Assembly (NCBI GenBank): GCA_964016885.1 | Contig: OZ024740.1 | Span: 294,376,001-294,440,000, forward strand | DNA from: Eledone cirrhosa | Taxonomy: Eukaryota | Length of the DNA stretch: 64,000 nt | Reading direction: 5' to 3' | Part shown: in pieces, positions 51,805 through 64,000 of the stretch | How positions within the stretch are numbered: the stretch's first letter is position 1 | Layout of the letters: each line of letters opens with the position of its first letter | Notes under the pieces: generated by a model | Databases searched by the model: none | Told to the model about the DNA's origin: nothing | What the model saw: only the letters and a program-made list of their open reading frames with translations | Position numbers and translations under genes: made by a program

Positions 51805-54042
51805 ATATATATATATCATCACCACTTAACGTCCATTTTCCCCACTGGCATGGATTAGACGAGATGCCCTGTTGTGAGATAAGCTAGGTCCAATGACCAT
51901 GACTTACACATACAGGACTGGGTTTGGCTTGGTTTCTTCTGCTGGATGCCTTTTCTAACACCAACCACATTTACAGTGTGGGTTGAGCGCTTTTTGTTGT
52001 GTTGCCATCACAAACACTTGACAGTGTGGAGATAGATCTAGGGGCATGTGTGAGGGAACAGGGTGTTCATATGTGGGTGGATGTTAGGACATGGGAGGTG
52101 CAAGAGGATGTCATTGTGATTTTGAACTCACAATTATACGATCGTGGGTCTGATTCTTTAACTGGGTGGCATATTGTGTTCTTGAGCAAGACATTTCATT
52201 TCACATTGCTTATCATAATAGGACTGGAGCTTCTTTCATTAAAACAGCCAAGAAACCTCCTGACAAACAAGTAGTATAAAACAGGCCTTTGGTATAGAAC
52301 ACAGTATGTTCTTAGGCTCAAATCTCCTTTTCTTGAAACTGTTAGTCCTCTGAAAGTATTCTCCATTCCAAGCTTAATATTTCAGTGGTGTGTGTTCCTA
52401 AGATTGTGGAGCTAACTCCAACTGTCTTTGTAGCGCAGCAGTGGGCTTCTAACTTATTCGGAAACATTTGGAAGGAGTATTTTAGGAATTCTAGTATTTT
52501 CCATATGATGTGCCCATCCAATGAAACATATCTAAGGAATTGATTTCACATTTCCATCCAGTTCAATGTCAACCTTTCACACCCATGCAATAATGTTGAG
52601 ATAATTACTACTACAGCCTTTAGTTAAGGGTTTTAGGTTTTACATCTAGAATGTAACAGCTGGAAGGAAAGAGGGCTGCACCAACTTCAAGCTGGTATTT
52701 TCTTTATTAACCCTGAAAGAATGAAAGGTGGGATTTGAAATCAGAATACAGAGACATGAAACAAATATCTTATGCTCTAGACTGCCTTCTTAAGCTAACT
52801 ACAACATGATAAACATAATTCTTTGTTTTAAGTGAAATATCACGATCTTTCCAGAGGCACTGGGATAATTTTCTGATGCTGAGCAAATTTTTGCTATTAA
52901 TTTTAGTAGCGAAAGTAACAAAATGAAGTAATGGTCTTTACTGGATTATAAATGTTTATGATAGAGCTTGATTGTAATTCCTTTGGTCTGGGCAAATAGA
53001 CAAATTCAGCTTATGTGAGCTTTACATGCTGTTCAATGTCTCAGTCTATACATATCACATGTTCGCATGGAAATCAATGCAATTCAGACAAAGATAGTAA
53101 CCACTGATATCTTACTATTTTAAAGGGTCCCTGTCTTACTCAAACTGTAAACTATATGCTTGCAGGGGACTTGTTACTCTGAAGGGGTTTTTCTAATCTT
53201 GCTCAAGGACATAACACATCACACTGTCCCAGGAATTGAACTCACAACCTCACAATCGCAAGCCCAAAACGACTAAGCCATGCACCTTGTATACAATGCT
53301 GATATTCATGTTAACTGAGTATTGACATGATTAACCTGCCCTATATACTCATTTGGCAGTATGTGTATGTATGCTATTTACTATGTATGCATGTTAGTTA
53401 CTGCAAGCCCAGAGTAAGATTTGATAGCGAAGTCACAGGTGGTCTTTTTTTTAGGGGTTTTCTTTTTGGTTTTTTGTACACTTTATTTGAATATGAAATT
53501 CAAACTACATTATAATTTTTTTAGTGGACAAAAGGCAATATGACCTTGATATAACTAATAAGAAATTAAATACCATAGGGTACTTTTGTTAGACACACCG
53601 CTTTTTTTTTTTTATTGCATGCCTGAATACAGGCAGAATATATACTGAAGCTTGTAGGAGAAATTATGTCCAACTAGCAGCAAAATATGGAATTAATATT
53701 TTTATAATGAATTGAATATTATTTAGTTGTTATATTCAATCATCAATATCTATAGTTATAATTTTGGAAGGCACTGCCTACACACACACACAGAGCTGTA
53801 TCAGGGTTTAGACAGTGTCAGTTTAGTCACACTTTATGGATAATGTAAAGAAAAAGTTCATCCATGGCTTACAACATCAAGAAAAACTCGTTTGTAGCAA
53901 CTGAGACACACAGAAACAAAAGTTGGTCAGGATTTGAAAAGAAAAAACCCTTCAGAGTAACAAGCCCCTACAAGCATATCACTAGCTTCCAGGAGCAGGA
54001 ATAAAAGGGTCAAGAACTTCCACAATCTACTTTACATTAGAG

Positions 54043-54478
54043 CAGGAGTGTGAAACTCAAGGAACGGAAAGCACCATTATGTCCCGGAGAAGAGGGCCAG
54101 CGGGCCAAAAGTGAAAAGAGAGGGAGGGTGTGTTATTTCGACCATGTTAATCTACAATACAGTTGATAGGTTGCTAACTATCCCGCCGAGGTTAACTTTG
54201 CCTTTCATCCTTACGGGGTCGATAAAATAAAGTACCAGTAATACACTGGGTAATTGCTGGCCTTGTGCCTAACGTAGAAACAATTATTTATTTAATGTTT
54301 GCATTAGGTTGGCAGGTCAAGCTTAATACTGCTGCAGCTGCCACCACTACTGCTGCTGCAAGAGCATGCAAGGGTCGAGGGGAAAAAAGACCAAGTTTTA
54401 GGAAAATATTAGTCATGAAAATTGTTCTGCCTCAAGCCATAGAAAAGTAGTTTGTGAGCCAAGTGTTCAAGACACCTG
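54043..54478. mobile_element. hAT-type MITE with a nested SINE 3' fragment (54180-54287)
   Basis: CAGGAGTGTGAAAC ... GTTCAAGACACCTG ends; 8-bp TSD CATTAGAG/CATTAAAG. Confidence 0.75.
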
Positions 54479-54489
54479 CATTAAAGGCA

Positions 54490-54900
54490 TATTGGAAACG
54501 TTTCAGAAGATCTGCTGTCCATACAACATCAAGGCATTATTCAAAAACAGGGACATCTACACCAAACAAAGCTTCCATCAGAAAATATCATGACTAAAAA
54601 CTGTGTGAATTCCATCCCATGCAGTTGTGGCAAGAAATACAAAGGTGAGACCAGCTAATCCTTGTAAAAGTAAGGCTAGAGGAACATTACAAAGGGGAGA
54701 CAAAGAAATCAGGTGTGGCTGATCCCTTTGTAAAGAGAAAAGAGGAATCACAAAGCAAATCATTATAGGAAACTAGACTGGAAGATAAGACAATTGAAGA
54801 ATCAGCACATATGTTTGGCTCTGATAACCTCAGCTGTTAGCCTCACATAGATATGAACACCATATGGGAGTCTTTATTCAAGAAAGAAAGAACACTAAGA
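54490..54900 (+). mobile_element. Penelope-like (Poseidon-type) GIY-YIG relic
   Basis: KNCVNSIPCSCGKKYKGET ... RLEEH, matching the VYxIPCSCGxxYIGET motif; frameshifted. Confidence 0.7.
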
Positions 54901-55293
54901 CCATGACCATAACCATAACAAAAATCTTCTAAATTCCTTCACATAATTATTTCTGGAGACAATAGCAGAGTCAGTATATAATCGTTGACTCAGTGTTAAG
55001 TGTGTTAGTATACCAATAGGGGTTATAAGTTCAACCTCTGAGTCTCTCTCGTTCTCTCTCTTTGTGTGTATATATATATATATTTATTTTCAGTGTGGTC
55101 TAACCTTCCGAAGAAGACCGCCTGATTGAACCTATATATGAGGTCTGATAATATACAGTTATATAACTGCTTTAGATCAGACAGTATATCAATATGATCA
55201 ACCCTCCGAAACGATCGTAAAACAATGATATGAATAGGTAAAATAACTCGACTTTGTTGTTATTATTTTCATTGTTAAACTAAAACCTAATAT

Positions 55294-55329
<36 letters not shown>

Positions 55330-55817
55330 GGCGATGAGTATTGCAGTTGTTTGTTTGATCAACTGGTTTAGCTACTTATTGGAAGGAAGTGGTTGAGTAT
55401 TCCACAAACATGCTACAAAATAGAAATTCAAAATAGTTGTTGCAAACAAAAAAAACTGAAATAAAAAGGATTCATAAACAAATCAGTACTGCAGCATGGC
55501 CTTAGTCACAAGGGCTAACTAAATAATATAAACAGTTATCAAAAACTGATAAACAATAATCATTTATTCTTTTACAATCAACAGATAGTGGTTATGCTGG
55601 GGTACTGCCTTCTAGAAAATTTGTCCATCATATCAACCCCTGTACACACACACACACACACACGATGGGCTTTTGTCAACCTCAATCAAATTTCACTAAA
55701 AATCCATTGGTCATCCCAGGGCTACAGTAGAAAGCATTTGCCCAAGGTGACATACAGTCATGCCTGTACCACATGTACCATATTTCAAAATTAACATATT
55801 GTTAAGTATGAAGAAGA

Positions 55818-56145
55818 TCTCTATATTAATATGCCTGTACCTACGTACCGTACGTCCGACCGTGTGTGTGTCACGCTTTCAGTATTTACATAGTAATTTA
55901 TATGCTGTTGAAAAAAATCCGAAACATTGTATATAGGGAAGTGCTTTAAAGGATGTTTTTTATGTGTACATTTATGAAATTAATTTTAAATAAACTTACA
56001 TTATTATACATAAAATAAAGGAAAATATAATTGTTTATTCACCAAAATACTGCAAATCAAACAACTTTGATTAAATGATAAATATTCATTGGACAATATT
56101 TAAATAAAAAAAATTATCCATGAATTTTTTTACGGGTCCAGCTAG
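55818..56145 (+). mobile_element. Non-autonomous Helitron-like element
   Basis: 5' TC-TCTATATTAAT..GTGTGTGTCACGC; 3' sub-terminal hairpin CCATGAA..TTACGG followed by CTAG-T. Confidence 0.5.
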
Positions 56146-56172
56146 TTAATAACAATGTATTTAAAACAATGT

Positions 56173-56347
56173 ATTCCGAAGATGGTAGCTGCCTTTAATA
56201 AACTCTCCAGCTTTCTCTGTTTCTTTACCACAAGATATATCCCATTCCATTTCTTTACCAGAAGATATACCCCATTCCAAAGATGGTAGCTGCCTTCAAC
56301 AAACTTTCCATCTTTCTCTGTTTCTTTACCACAAGATATATCCCATT
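56173..56347. repeat. 101-bp direct duplication with an internal ~30-bp subrepeat
   Basis: ATTCCRAAGATGGTAGCTGCC at 56173 and 56274; TTCTTTACCASAAGATATAYCCCATT occurs three times. Confidence 0.85.
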
Positions 56348-56802
56348 TCAAAGAAAGTAAATTTTTCTCATTTTTCCGAATTTATCATGAATATACTCAA
56401 TATCTCTTAAGATGATGAAGATGATCTTAAATGACCCTTTCTTATACAATATGCAGTCATTCTTTCTCTCTCCCTCCTTATATATATATATTCCATGATG
56501 TGTTCTACAAAGCAAGACCCACATTCTCTGCAATGTGTCACATGTCCTTGGAAATTTTAATATTATTCGTGAAATCGGAAAATTCTTTGATAATAACTGG
56601 TACATGAATTCCTTTACTCATATCTATAACTAATTTCTAACAGCACATCATCACCACCATTGTTTTATATCTATTAAAATGCTATCTTTTAATTTTTAGT
56701 TGTTAAATCCCTCTTGTAAGATATTTTAGAAACCACTGGTTAGGTTTGGCATGACATGAAGTTTTGAGATCCTACAGAGATAAAACCTATGTACAAAAGG
56801 TG

Positions 56803-56931
56803 AACGAGCAGGTGCCAATGTGCAAGCAGGTGTTATTAACGAGTGAGCAGGTGTCAATATGCAAGCAAGTGTCATTAATGTGTGAACAGGTGTCAATGTG
56901 TAAACAGGTGCCATTAATGTGTGACCATGTG
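56803..56931. repeat. 39-bp (18+21) tandem repeat carrying CANNTG E-boxes
   Basis: CAGGTG at 56809, 56827, 56848, 56887, 56905; CAAGTG at 56866; CATGTG at 56926. Confidence 0.85.
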
Positions 56932-57039
56932 TGGTTGACCATTAGTCAGTTATGATAAAATAGGAGGACTGTCACTCACAAGTATATTTAGTAGGAACTG
57001 GAGAGAGAAAGAACTTTCCACACATTGTAATGGAGTAAA

Positions 57040-57281
57040 GTAGTAGTGCTGGTACCACACAATCCACCTTGTCGAGTGATGGTGGTGGTACCATGAGAAA
57101 ACGAACCTGGTACACACCCTGAAGTGGTTGGCATGAGGAAGGGCAGCCAGCCATAGAATCCATACCGAAATAGAATGTGTGAGCAAGACACAGTCATCTG
57201 ACCTGTCTAACCTCAGAACATGACAACCTGTCTGGCCCATACAAATATGGAAAATAGACATAAAACATTGATGATGATGAT
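57040..57281 (+). mobile_element. RTE-tail SINE
   Basis: AAGTGGTTGGCATGAGGAAGGGCAGCCAGCCATAGAA ... ATGGAAAATAGACATAAAAC-(GAT)n tail. Confidence 0.7.
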
Positions 57282-59024
57282 GTCTTGTGTAATAGATATG
57301 AGTAACCCTAATTCATGTACCAGATATCAGTTTGTTTCCTTGAGATGTTTACCTTTCATTCACTCAGTTCTGAGTTGGATTCCATTGTATGACCAAGCTT
57401 AGGCAAGTAGAATTTGATTCACTAACACCTTAGAAAAAAACTCATGACATCACCATCTCTAATCATAAACAATATTTAACCATTTCATTTACCATATTTC
57501 TAAATGAAAGTCACAGTCAGTGACTTTCAAATAATTTGGAGGGATTTAGTAAAGTAACTAACTTTCTTGGGAAGTTAGTTTTGGGAGCAAAACTTAAAGG
57601 TTCTTACATAAATTGTAATGGAAAGTTTTTAGATCAATATAAACACTTTAAAATAAACAATTTTGAATCAAAAGGATTAAGATATTGCACTCCTTACATA
57701 TATAAAGCCAAACAAATTCTGACATCTTATGTTAGCTGTATATATGTCATATATCTATGACAAAAGCTGGGTTTCTGATCTAATAGTGATTTTCCAGTAT
57801 GGGCTCCCAAACAAAATTTAAAATTAGTTAAAAAACCGAAGTAAATCTCATCACATGTATTAAATATGTCCCTATTTACATTTGAAACTACTTTACAATA
57901 GGTCCACAGTTTTATCTTAAGATTAGAAAATAGTTTTAGTTTGTAGACTTATTTCAGAAAAAAGAGCTAAGAGGTTTTAATGATTAAGGAACTTGTACTT
58001 TACCTCCCCTCTTGTATGTGTATAGGAGAAAGAGAGGGAGGTGTTATTTTTTTTTCCCATCTGGAAATAATTTTGCTTGGATCTTATTTTTTAAACAATA
58101 CTGATAGCTTTGGAAGAATATTTCCTGAAAAATTAAAGAATTTCATGTATTTTGTAAGCAAAAATTACTGCAAAAAATGAAATTGCTTTTGTTGGAGGCA
58201 GGAAAAGGAAGTGAAAGTTAAAAAAGCCCAAATAAATTGAAAAGTCTAAACTAAAGATGAGAACATGTTAAAATGAAACAATTCAAAGTTAATTCAATGA
58301 AGCAGCAATTAAAATTTAAAAAATTGAAGGATAGTTATTTGAAACTAAATTGTCAAAGTTTGAAATTATAATTTATTTTCTATTATTGAAAAAAATAAGT
58401 GAATATCTATTTTATCTCTCATCTCTGAATCAATTTCTTTTGAACAAAGAATTTTCTCTCCAGTAAGTTATATATTGATGACTAGCTCAAAATTACTTAT
58501 GAAGATTTGAACTTAGAATAAGGTGGAACAAATATTGGAATGACATTTTATCCAATGCTCTATGAATTCTGTCAATCTACCATCCTTACTAAATTTAACA
58601 ACAACAACAACCAACATGATCATATTTTTACATCCATTTTTTTCAGGTTTGCATGGGTTGGACAAGCATCTCACCATTTGTTGTAATCTTTTTGTCAACC
58701 CTTCATATTCAGCACTCATGTCTTCTACTACAGGTTCTATCCTCTTGGACCACTTGTCACTTCTTTCCACAACTGTCACACTTATTATTAGATATTACAT
58801 GTTTGTACCAACTCAGTCATCTCTCTTGCACAAAACGTCTGATTTTCTTATACCCAACTTTTCTCTGTTGTTCACACACTTAACCACTCCTGCACATGTT
58901 ATATACACAAGATCTCTGTCAGCCTGCCTGTGATTTCACTGTAACTAAGGACATACCATATAAGAAGTTTTACCTAGTCACATGCATATATACATATATA
59001 TATATATATAATATACATATACAC

Positions 59025-59761
59025 ATATATATAAAACTGAAATTGTCTGTGTGTGTGTCCCCTAATTTTGGAAAGTCTATACAAATCCACATTTCTACTC
59101 CGATTGACTTGAAACTTGCATTTATATATTCCTTGCGGTCTAAAGATATTAATTGCAGCTTTTATTTTTCAATTTTCTGTTGTTGGAGGCGTTTTTTTCA
59201 CTAAAATTTTAAGCCCTTTTTGTCAGTTTGGCAATTTTGTCTACAATGTTCAAGAGAGACAACTCTTTAGTATTTTGAAAGAGTTACCTCTCTTTATAGA
59301 CTATATTATCCCTACTCAAACGTACATCTCTTGAAATTGTTGATGGTGACCCCAATAGTAATTCCGAAGCGTTCGGCATCCATCTATATCAGATTGGGTA
59401 GATTTTTGTAACCTTAAAAGTATCCAACTAAATTCCTTCATGCTCGCCACCACTGCAGTCCCACATGCTTACTGCTCTGTAACTTTCATTGTACCATAGC
59501 ACAATAAATACATGTTCGGTTTGTCGAATGCCTTTGTACTTAACCCTATTGTCTTGGCTTTCGTGGGTTGAACATTTTACTCTCAGGCACCCAATTAAGT
59601 TAAACCCCTGGTAATCTATGACAAATTTTTTTTATAAGCACAAAATGTAGACACCATCCCCAGGCCGAGGTATTCCGTACTTCTCTGTACTGTTTCAGAA
59701 AGGAGGGATAAACATGCCAATCTATGTTTAGAAGACTGAGCAGCGCCGGGCCATTCTGCTA

Positions 59762-59762
<1 letters not shown>
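59025..59762 (+). mobile_element. Non-autonomous Helitron-like element
   Basis: 5' TATATAAAACTGAAATTGTCTGTGTGTG; 3' GC-rich hairpin remnant CTGAGCAGCGCCGGG, then CTAG (59759-59762) followed by T; sits in a TA microsatellite. Confidence 0.7.
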
Positions 59763-59802
<40 letters not shown>

Positions 59803-60904
59803 GAGAGAGTAGTAGTAGTAGTAGTAGTAGATATTTATTCATTTTATGACCAATAGTTTGTTGATTATATATAGGTTTCAAATGAGGAGCCATCATGGTT
59901 GACTACAATTCTGATAGATTACAAAAATGACTAGAGAGTCTTCTTGCAAGTTGAGTGAAATAATCCTACAAACTGTTTTTATTTGATGCACTGATTTGTT
60001 TTTATCAACGATATATATTTTGTTCACACAAATATATACACACAACAGATTTCCAGTGTTAATGAATAAAATTCCACTTACAAAGCATTGTTTAAGCCAA
60101 GAGTATATTAGAAAAAATTTGCATAAGGTTAGCTATATAGTGGGATCCAACTGAGTGTTGTGTGATTGAAAAGTGAACTTCTTAAGCTGACAGACAACCA
60201 TGCCAGTGGCCTATATGATAAACTACACAAATTCAACAGCACAATGAAATTAAATGATAAAGTAGTTAATAAGTTACACATTCTCAAAGATACACATTGC
60301 CTCATTCAACAGAAAGAGGATGTGATGGAATATTTGTCAGTATGTCATCTGTATTACATAACTTTAAAGCATCCAATAACTGTTTAAATGGTTGGGTGTT
60401 GCCGACAATTTATTCTGGCAGATAATCTGATAATATAGCAAAAAACTTATCATCTGACAACATGAAAAAGCCACCTTGTTGTTTTATTTAGCAAAGCAAG
60501 CCATAACTAATAACTTGACCATGTTGTTGTTATTTGTATTTCTTCACACACTCACACACACACGTTGATAACTTTGGTCTCGCAGAGAAATCTGATGAAG
60601 AGCTGCAGAAAAAAGTGTCAAAGTACAGAAGAATTGTCATAAGTCTAAAAGATGTCCAACTATAGAAAAAAATGGTCATAAGTCCATGGAAAAACTAAGT
60701 GTTAATTAGTAATATAGAGTATAAAATCCTAGAACCTTCCCATTTTCAGCTTCTCTCCAGATTATTTTGTTTCACAGGGGTAGATATGAACTTGATATTG
60801 TGCACTCAACACACAAAAGGTGCAAAGGAATCTTTGACACACCAACAATAGAGAACTAGGAATTCATTACATGTACAAGATTAATTAGTAATAGGGGCAA
60901 AGGT

Positions 60905-61110
60905 GTTGGATTGGCTGAATTGGTAGAGCATTAAATAAAATGTCATTACAATATTTATTCTATCTTTTTGTATTGTGAGTTCAAATCCTGCCATGGTCAA
61001 CTTTGCCTTTCATCCTTACAGGGCCGATAAAATAAAGTACCAGCCAAGTACTGGGGTTGATTTAATCAATTCTACCCTTCCCCCAAATTTGTTGGCCTTG
61101 TGCCTAATTT
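60905..61110 (+). mobile_element. Nin-domain SINE
   Basis: GGATTGGCTGAATTGG A-box, GAGTTCAAATCC B-box, GCCTTTCATCCTTACAGGGCCGATAAAATAAAGTACCAG. Confidence 0.8.
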
Positions 61111-61729
61111 ATACAATAATTAGAATTTCATGTATTATTCTGAATGGAGATTTTCTTCACTGCATAGTGATAATAACAAGAGACAGTAAGACAGGAATGC
61201 TGGAGCTATTCCTGAAACTTAACTTTTCTTCATATATTGAAGCTGAGGAGAGAAAGTAAAGTTCAAAGGGGTGTGAAAGTGGCAGAATTTAGCAGCTTTC
61301 TTATTTTATATGTAGACATTTTTCTAAGAACTAAGGATGTTTGGTGTGCTCTAATTCTTTTAAAGTGGCTATTTACATTCTTTTCTCTAGAGAATTCTAA
61401 TCAATATGTCCATCACAATTCTACTATTGACCACAACCTTATTACAGACTTCTTAATGATGGACCAAAAGACTATACTACACTTTTACATTTTAAAATAT
61501 ACTAGTAGATGTAGATAAGCCATTATTTCATGGTCAGACTAAGTAATAATTGGTTTCTTCATCAAACTTTAACAAAGCTATGTTTGTGGATTTTATATCA
61601 TGATCAGCAGCATCATTCTCTTAACATCCATTTTTCCATGGTTGCATGGGTTGGACAGGACTTTTCAAGCATAGCCCTTCCTCCACATGTTACATTCCTT
61701 CATCACTTCTTCTGTGAGGTTCAGCATAT

Positions 61730-61925
61730 ATCATCATCATCATCATCATCAGGTTTAGCGTCCGTGTTCCACGCTTGCATGGGTTTGGACGGGGGTTTTC
61801 CCACTTGAGGCAAGAGTGGTTGTCGTGCTCGCATAGGACTGTCTGGCGGGTTTTCTACAGTTGGATGCCCTTCCTAACACCAACCACATTTACAGTGTGG
61901 GGCTGGGAGGTTTTTACCGTGTTGC
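61730..61925 (-). mobile_element. RTE-tail SINE
   Basis: (CAT)n-GGTTTAGCGTCCGTGTTCCACGCTTGCATGGG..GGATGCCCTTCCTAACACCAACCAC. Confidence 0.7.
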
Positions 61926-62879
61926 CTATATATAAATACACTCACACATATATATTATTTTAGTAAGGTTACTCTGGAGTTTCTCATATATATATATATA
62001 CACACATACAAGATAGGTAGCTAGACAGACATCACAATTGACAGAGAACACTGATTTCTGAATGAAAGCGTTTTAGTTCCATGAATTCTAAATATAAATT
62101 TTAGAATGTTTTTAATAGACTGTAGCATCTGTGTGACAGACAGTCAACATGACTGTACAATCATTATAATATACTAGCAGAAAAACCACCCAAAGGGTGG
62201 TTTTCTGCTAGCATGTGTAGTGTGTATATTGATATTATATGCAAGTATATATGCATGTAGATATGACCAAATAAAATCGTAATTGACAATATACACAGAA
62301 ATTGAACGAAGACTGTGTTACACTGTCTTATGTAATCAGTAACGTAATCCATGATACATTAAAAAAAGACAATATTATATATAAACTGCATTAGGAGAAA
62401 ATTAGTGACAGAAATATATGAATATTTATTTAAACGATCGCTAACTGGAAGTGTTGACATTTGAAAATTTTAAAGAAGTGAATCTTTAAATAAGTAATAA
62501 AATATATTTAATGAACAGCCACGAAATTTAGTAGATAAATTATGTAATATTCATTCATTATTTATTCATTATTTATTCATTATTTATTCATTATTTATTC
62601 CAACTTATTTTACTAAGGGGATAAAAAATTATAAACCGTACACAGTCCCGTGCTTCTTACTTTATTATAGTTTAGATATTGTGAGATTACTCTTTTAATA
62701 ATCAACCTGCTTGAGACCAGCCTTACTAAAATTCCATTAAAGTCTCATTATAGCATAAATAATAATAACAGATTTCAGTTTACCAATGCCAGTCTAATAT
62801 ATACCACCATATAAAGTTACAAATCTAACTAAATAATATATATATACATATAAAGTTACAGATATTTCACTAGACTTCT

Positions 62880-63590
62880 CCATAACCTTCATCTTCTTTG
62901 TCTACTCACTCCTGAAAGTGTTATGGTGGCAGAGTCTTCAAGCAAGACCAGCCAAGCTCATGGATGTTATCCAACCATCTTGCCAGTTGGTTTTGCCCTT
63001 AAAATCCGTCCAGCGGTTTTTCCTTAGACATTCTGACCACATGTCCCTAGTATTAGAAATGACACCTCTTGGCAAAAATCTCATGATTTCTTGAAGACCT
63101 GCCATAGTGTGAATATTTGATCAGCTCTGCTGTCCAGGGCAAAAACCACCCTGTTTGTTAGCTAGCTTGTACTCAGCAATATTCCTACATCTCTATGCCA
63201 GATACTTAGCATAGACTTTACCAGGGAGATTTAATAAAGAGGTCCCTTGTCTCCCCCTTTTTTAAAAATTACAATAATCACTCCTAGTTACCATTGCTTT
63301 GGTGTCTTTCCCAAGATCCAGGCCACCTGGCACACATGTCAGTCAGAGAATACCTTGCTATTTAAGGCTTTTAACATCTTGGCTGAATTTTATCTTACCT
63401 GAGGCCTTGCCACATCTGAGCTCTTTAATTGCTCTGCTGACCTCAGCTTCGACATGATTAGTTATTGTTCCTAGATGCAGCTCATATACATCAGAAGATG
63501 TTGTTGTGACCAGATTTAGGAGATCAGCAAAGTATTCCTCTACCTTGTGAGGATGCACCTCAGCGGGACTTGAATTATTTTGTTATTGTA
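62880..63590 (-). mobile_element. Internally deleted RTE-like LINE relic
   Basis: Minus strand EEYFADLLN ... EAEVSRAIKELRCGKASG (region N-terminal of RT), plus the shared 3' end GTTATGGTGGCAGAGTC..GCTCATGGATGTTATCCAACC. Confidence 0.7.
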
Positions 63591-63629
63591 TATACTCTTA
63601 AACCAGGTTTTATTATATAGTTATTAGTA

Positions 63630-63780
63630 ATGTTCTACGTATAAATCTTGCTGAGGTCAACTTTGCCTTTCATCCTTACAGGATTGATAAAATAAAGTAC
63701 CAATAACACACTTTGGTCAATTTAATCGACATTCCCCTCCCCCCCCCAAATTGTTGGCCTTATGCTTAAATTAAAAATCA
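63630..63780 (+). mobile_element. Nin-domain SINE fragment
   Basis: GCTGAGGTCAACTTTGCCTTTCATCCTTACAGGATTGATAAAATAAAGTACC. Confidence 0.75.
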
Positions 63781-64000
63781 TTGATATTATTATTATTATT
63801 TAACTAGTCTGAGTAACTAAGAGTCAACTAGACTGTAAATTTAGTTGCAGTTCTACAATTGGAAGCTGTTATATGAAGAATATTTAAATATCTCATAATA
63901 GAAGGATTACAATACAATAAATTACTTTATAATTAACACACATTTTTTTCAAAGAATACATTTCTGTATATTGAATGTCACTTTGGACATTAGATAAATG

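Noticed and set aside
60585-60625. CTGATGA..GAAA as a further hammerhead
   Set aside because: No stem II or stem III pairing; chance motif.

Overview
AT-rich, repeat-dense animal genomic DNA. The SINE families look like those of octopod cephalopods (Octopus); this is recognition from memory, not a database result. Only one host exon is supportable: the terminal coding exon of a PSKH1-like Ser/Thr kinase on the minus strand (40414-40725), with an inferred ~3.5 kb 3'UTR and a >23 kb upstream intron. The window is dominated by a 10.8 kb minisatellite of 270 x 40 bp units (23836-34639). Its unit appears to be an amplified hAT/Charlie transposon end plus its 8-bp target site, and it carries a variant-repeat code and higher-order duplications. 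The rest is mobile DNA: tRNA/Nin-domain SINEs (some young, with TSDs), RTE and CR1 LINE relics, a maT (Tc1/mariner) relic, hAT and TTAA MITEs, Helitron-like elements and several Penelope-like (GIY-YIG) elements. At least six minimal type-I hammerhead ribozyme motifs occur, several embedded in long inverted repeats or (TA)n tracts.
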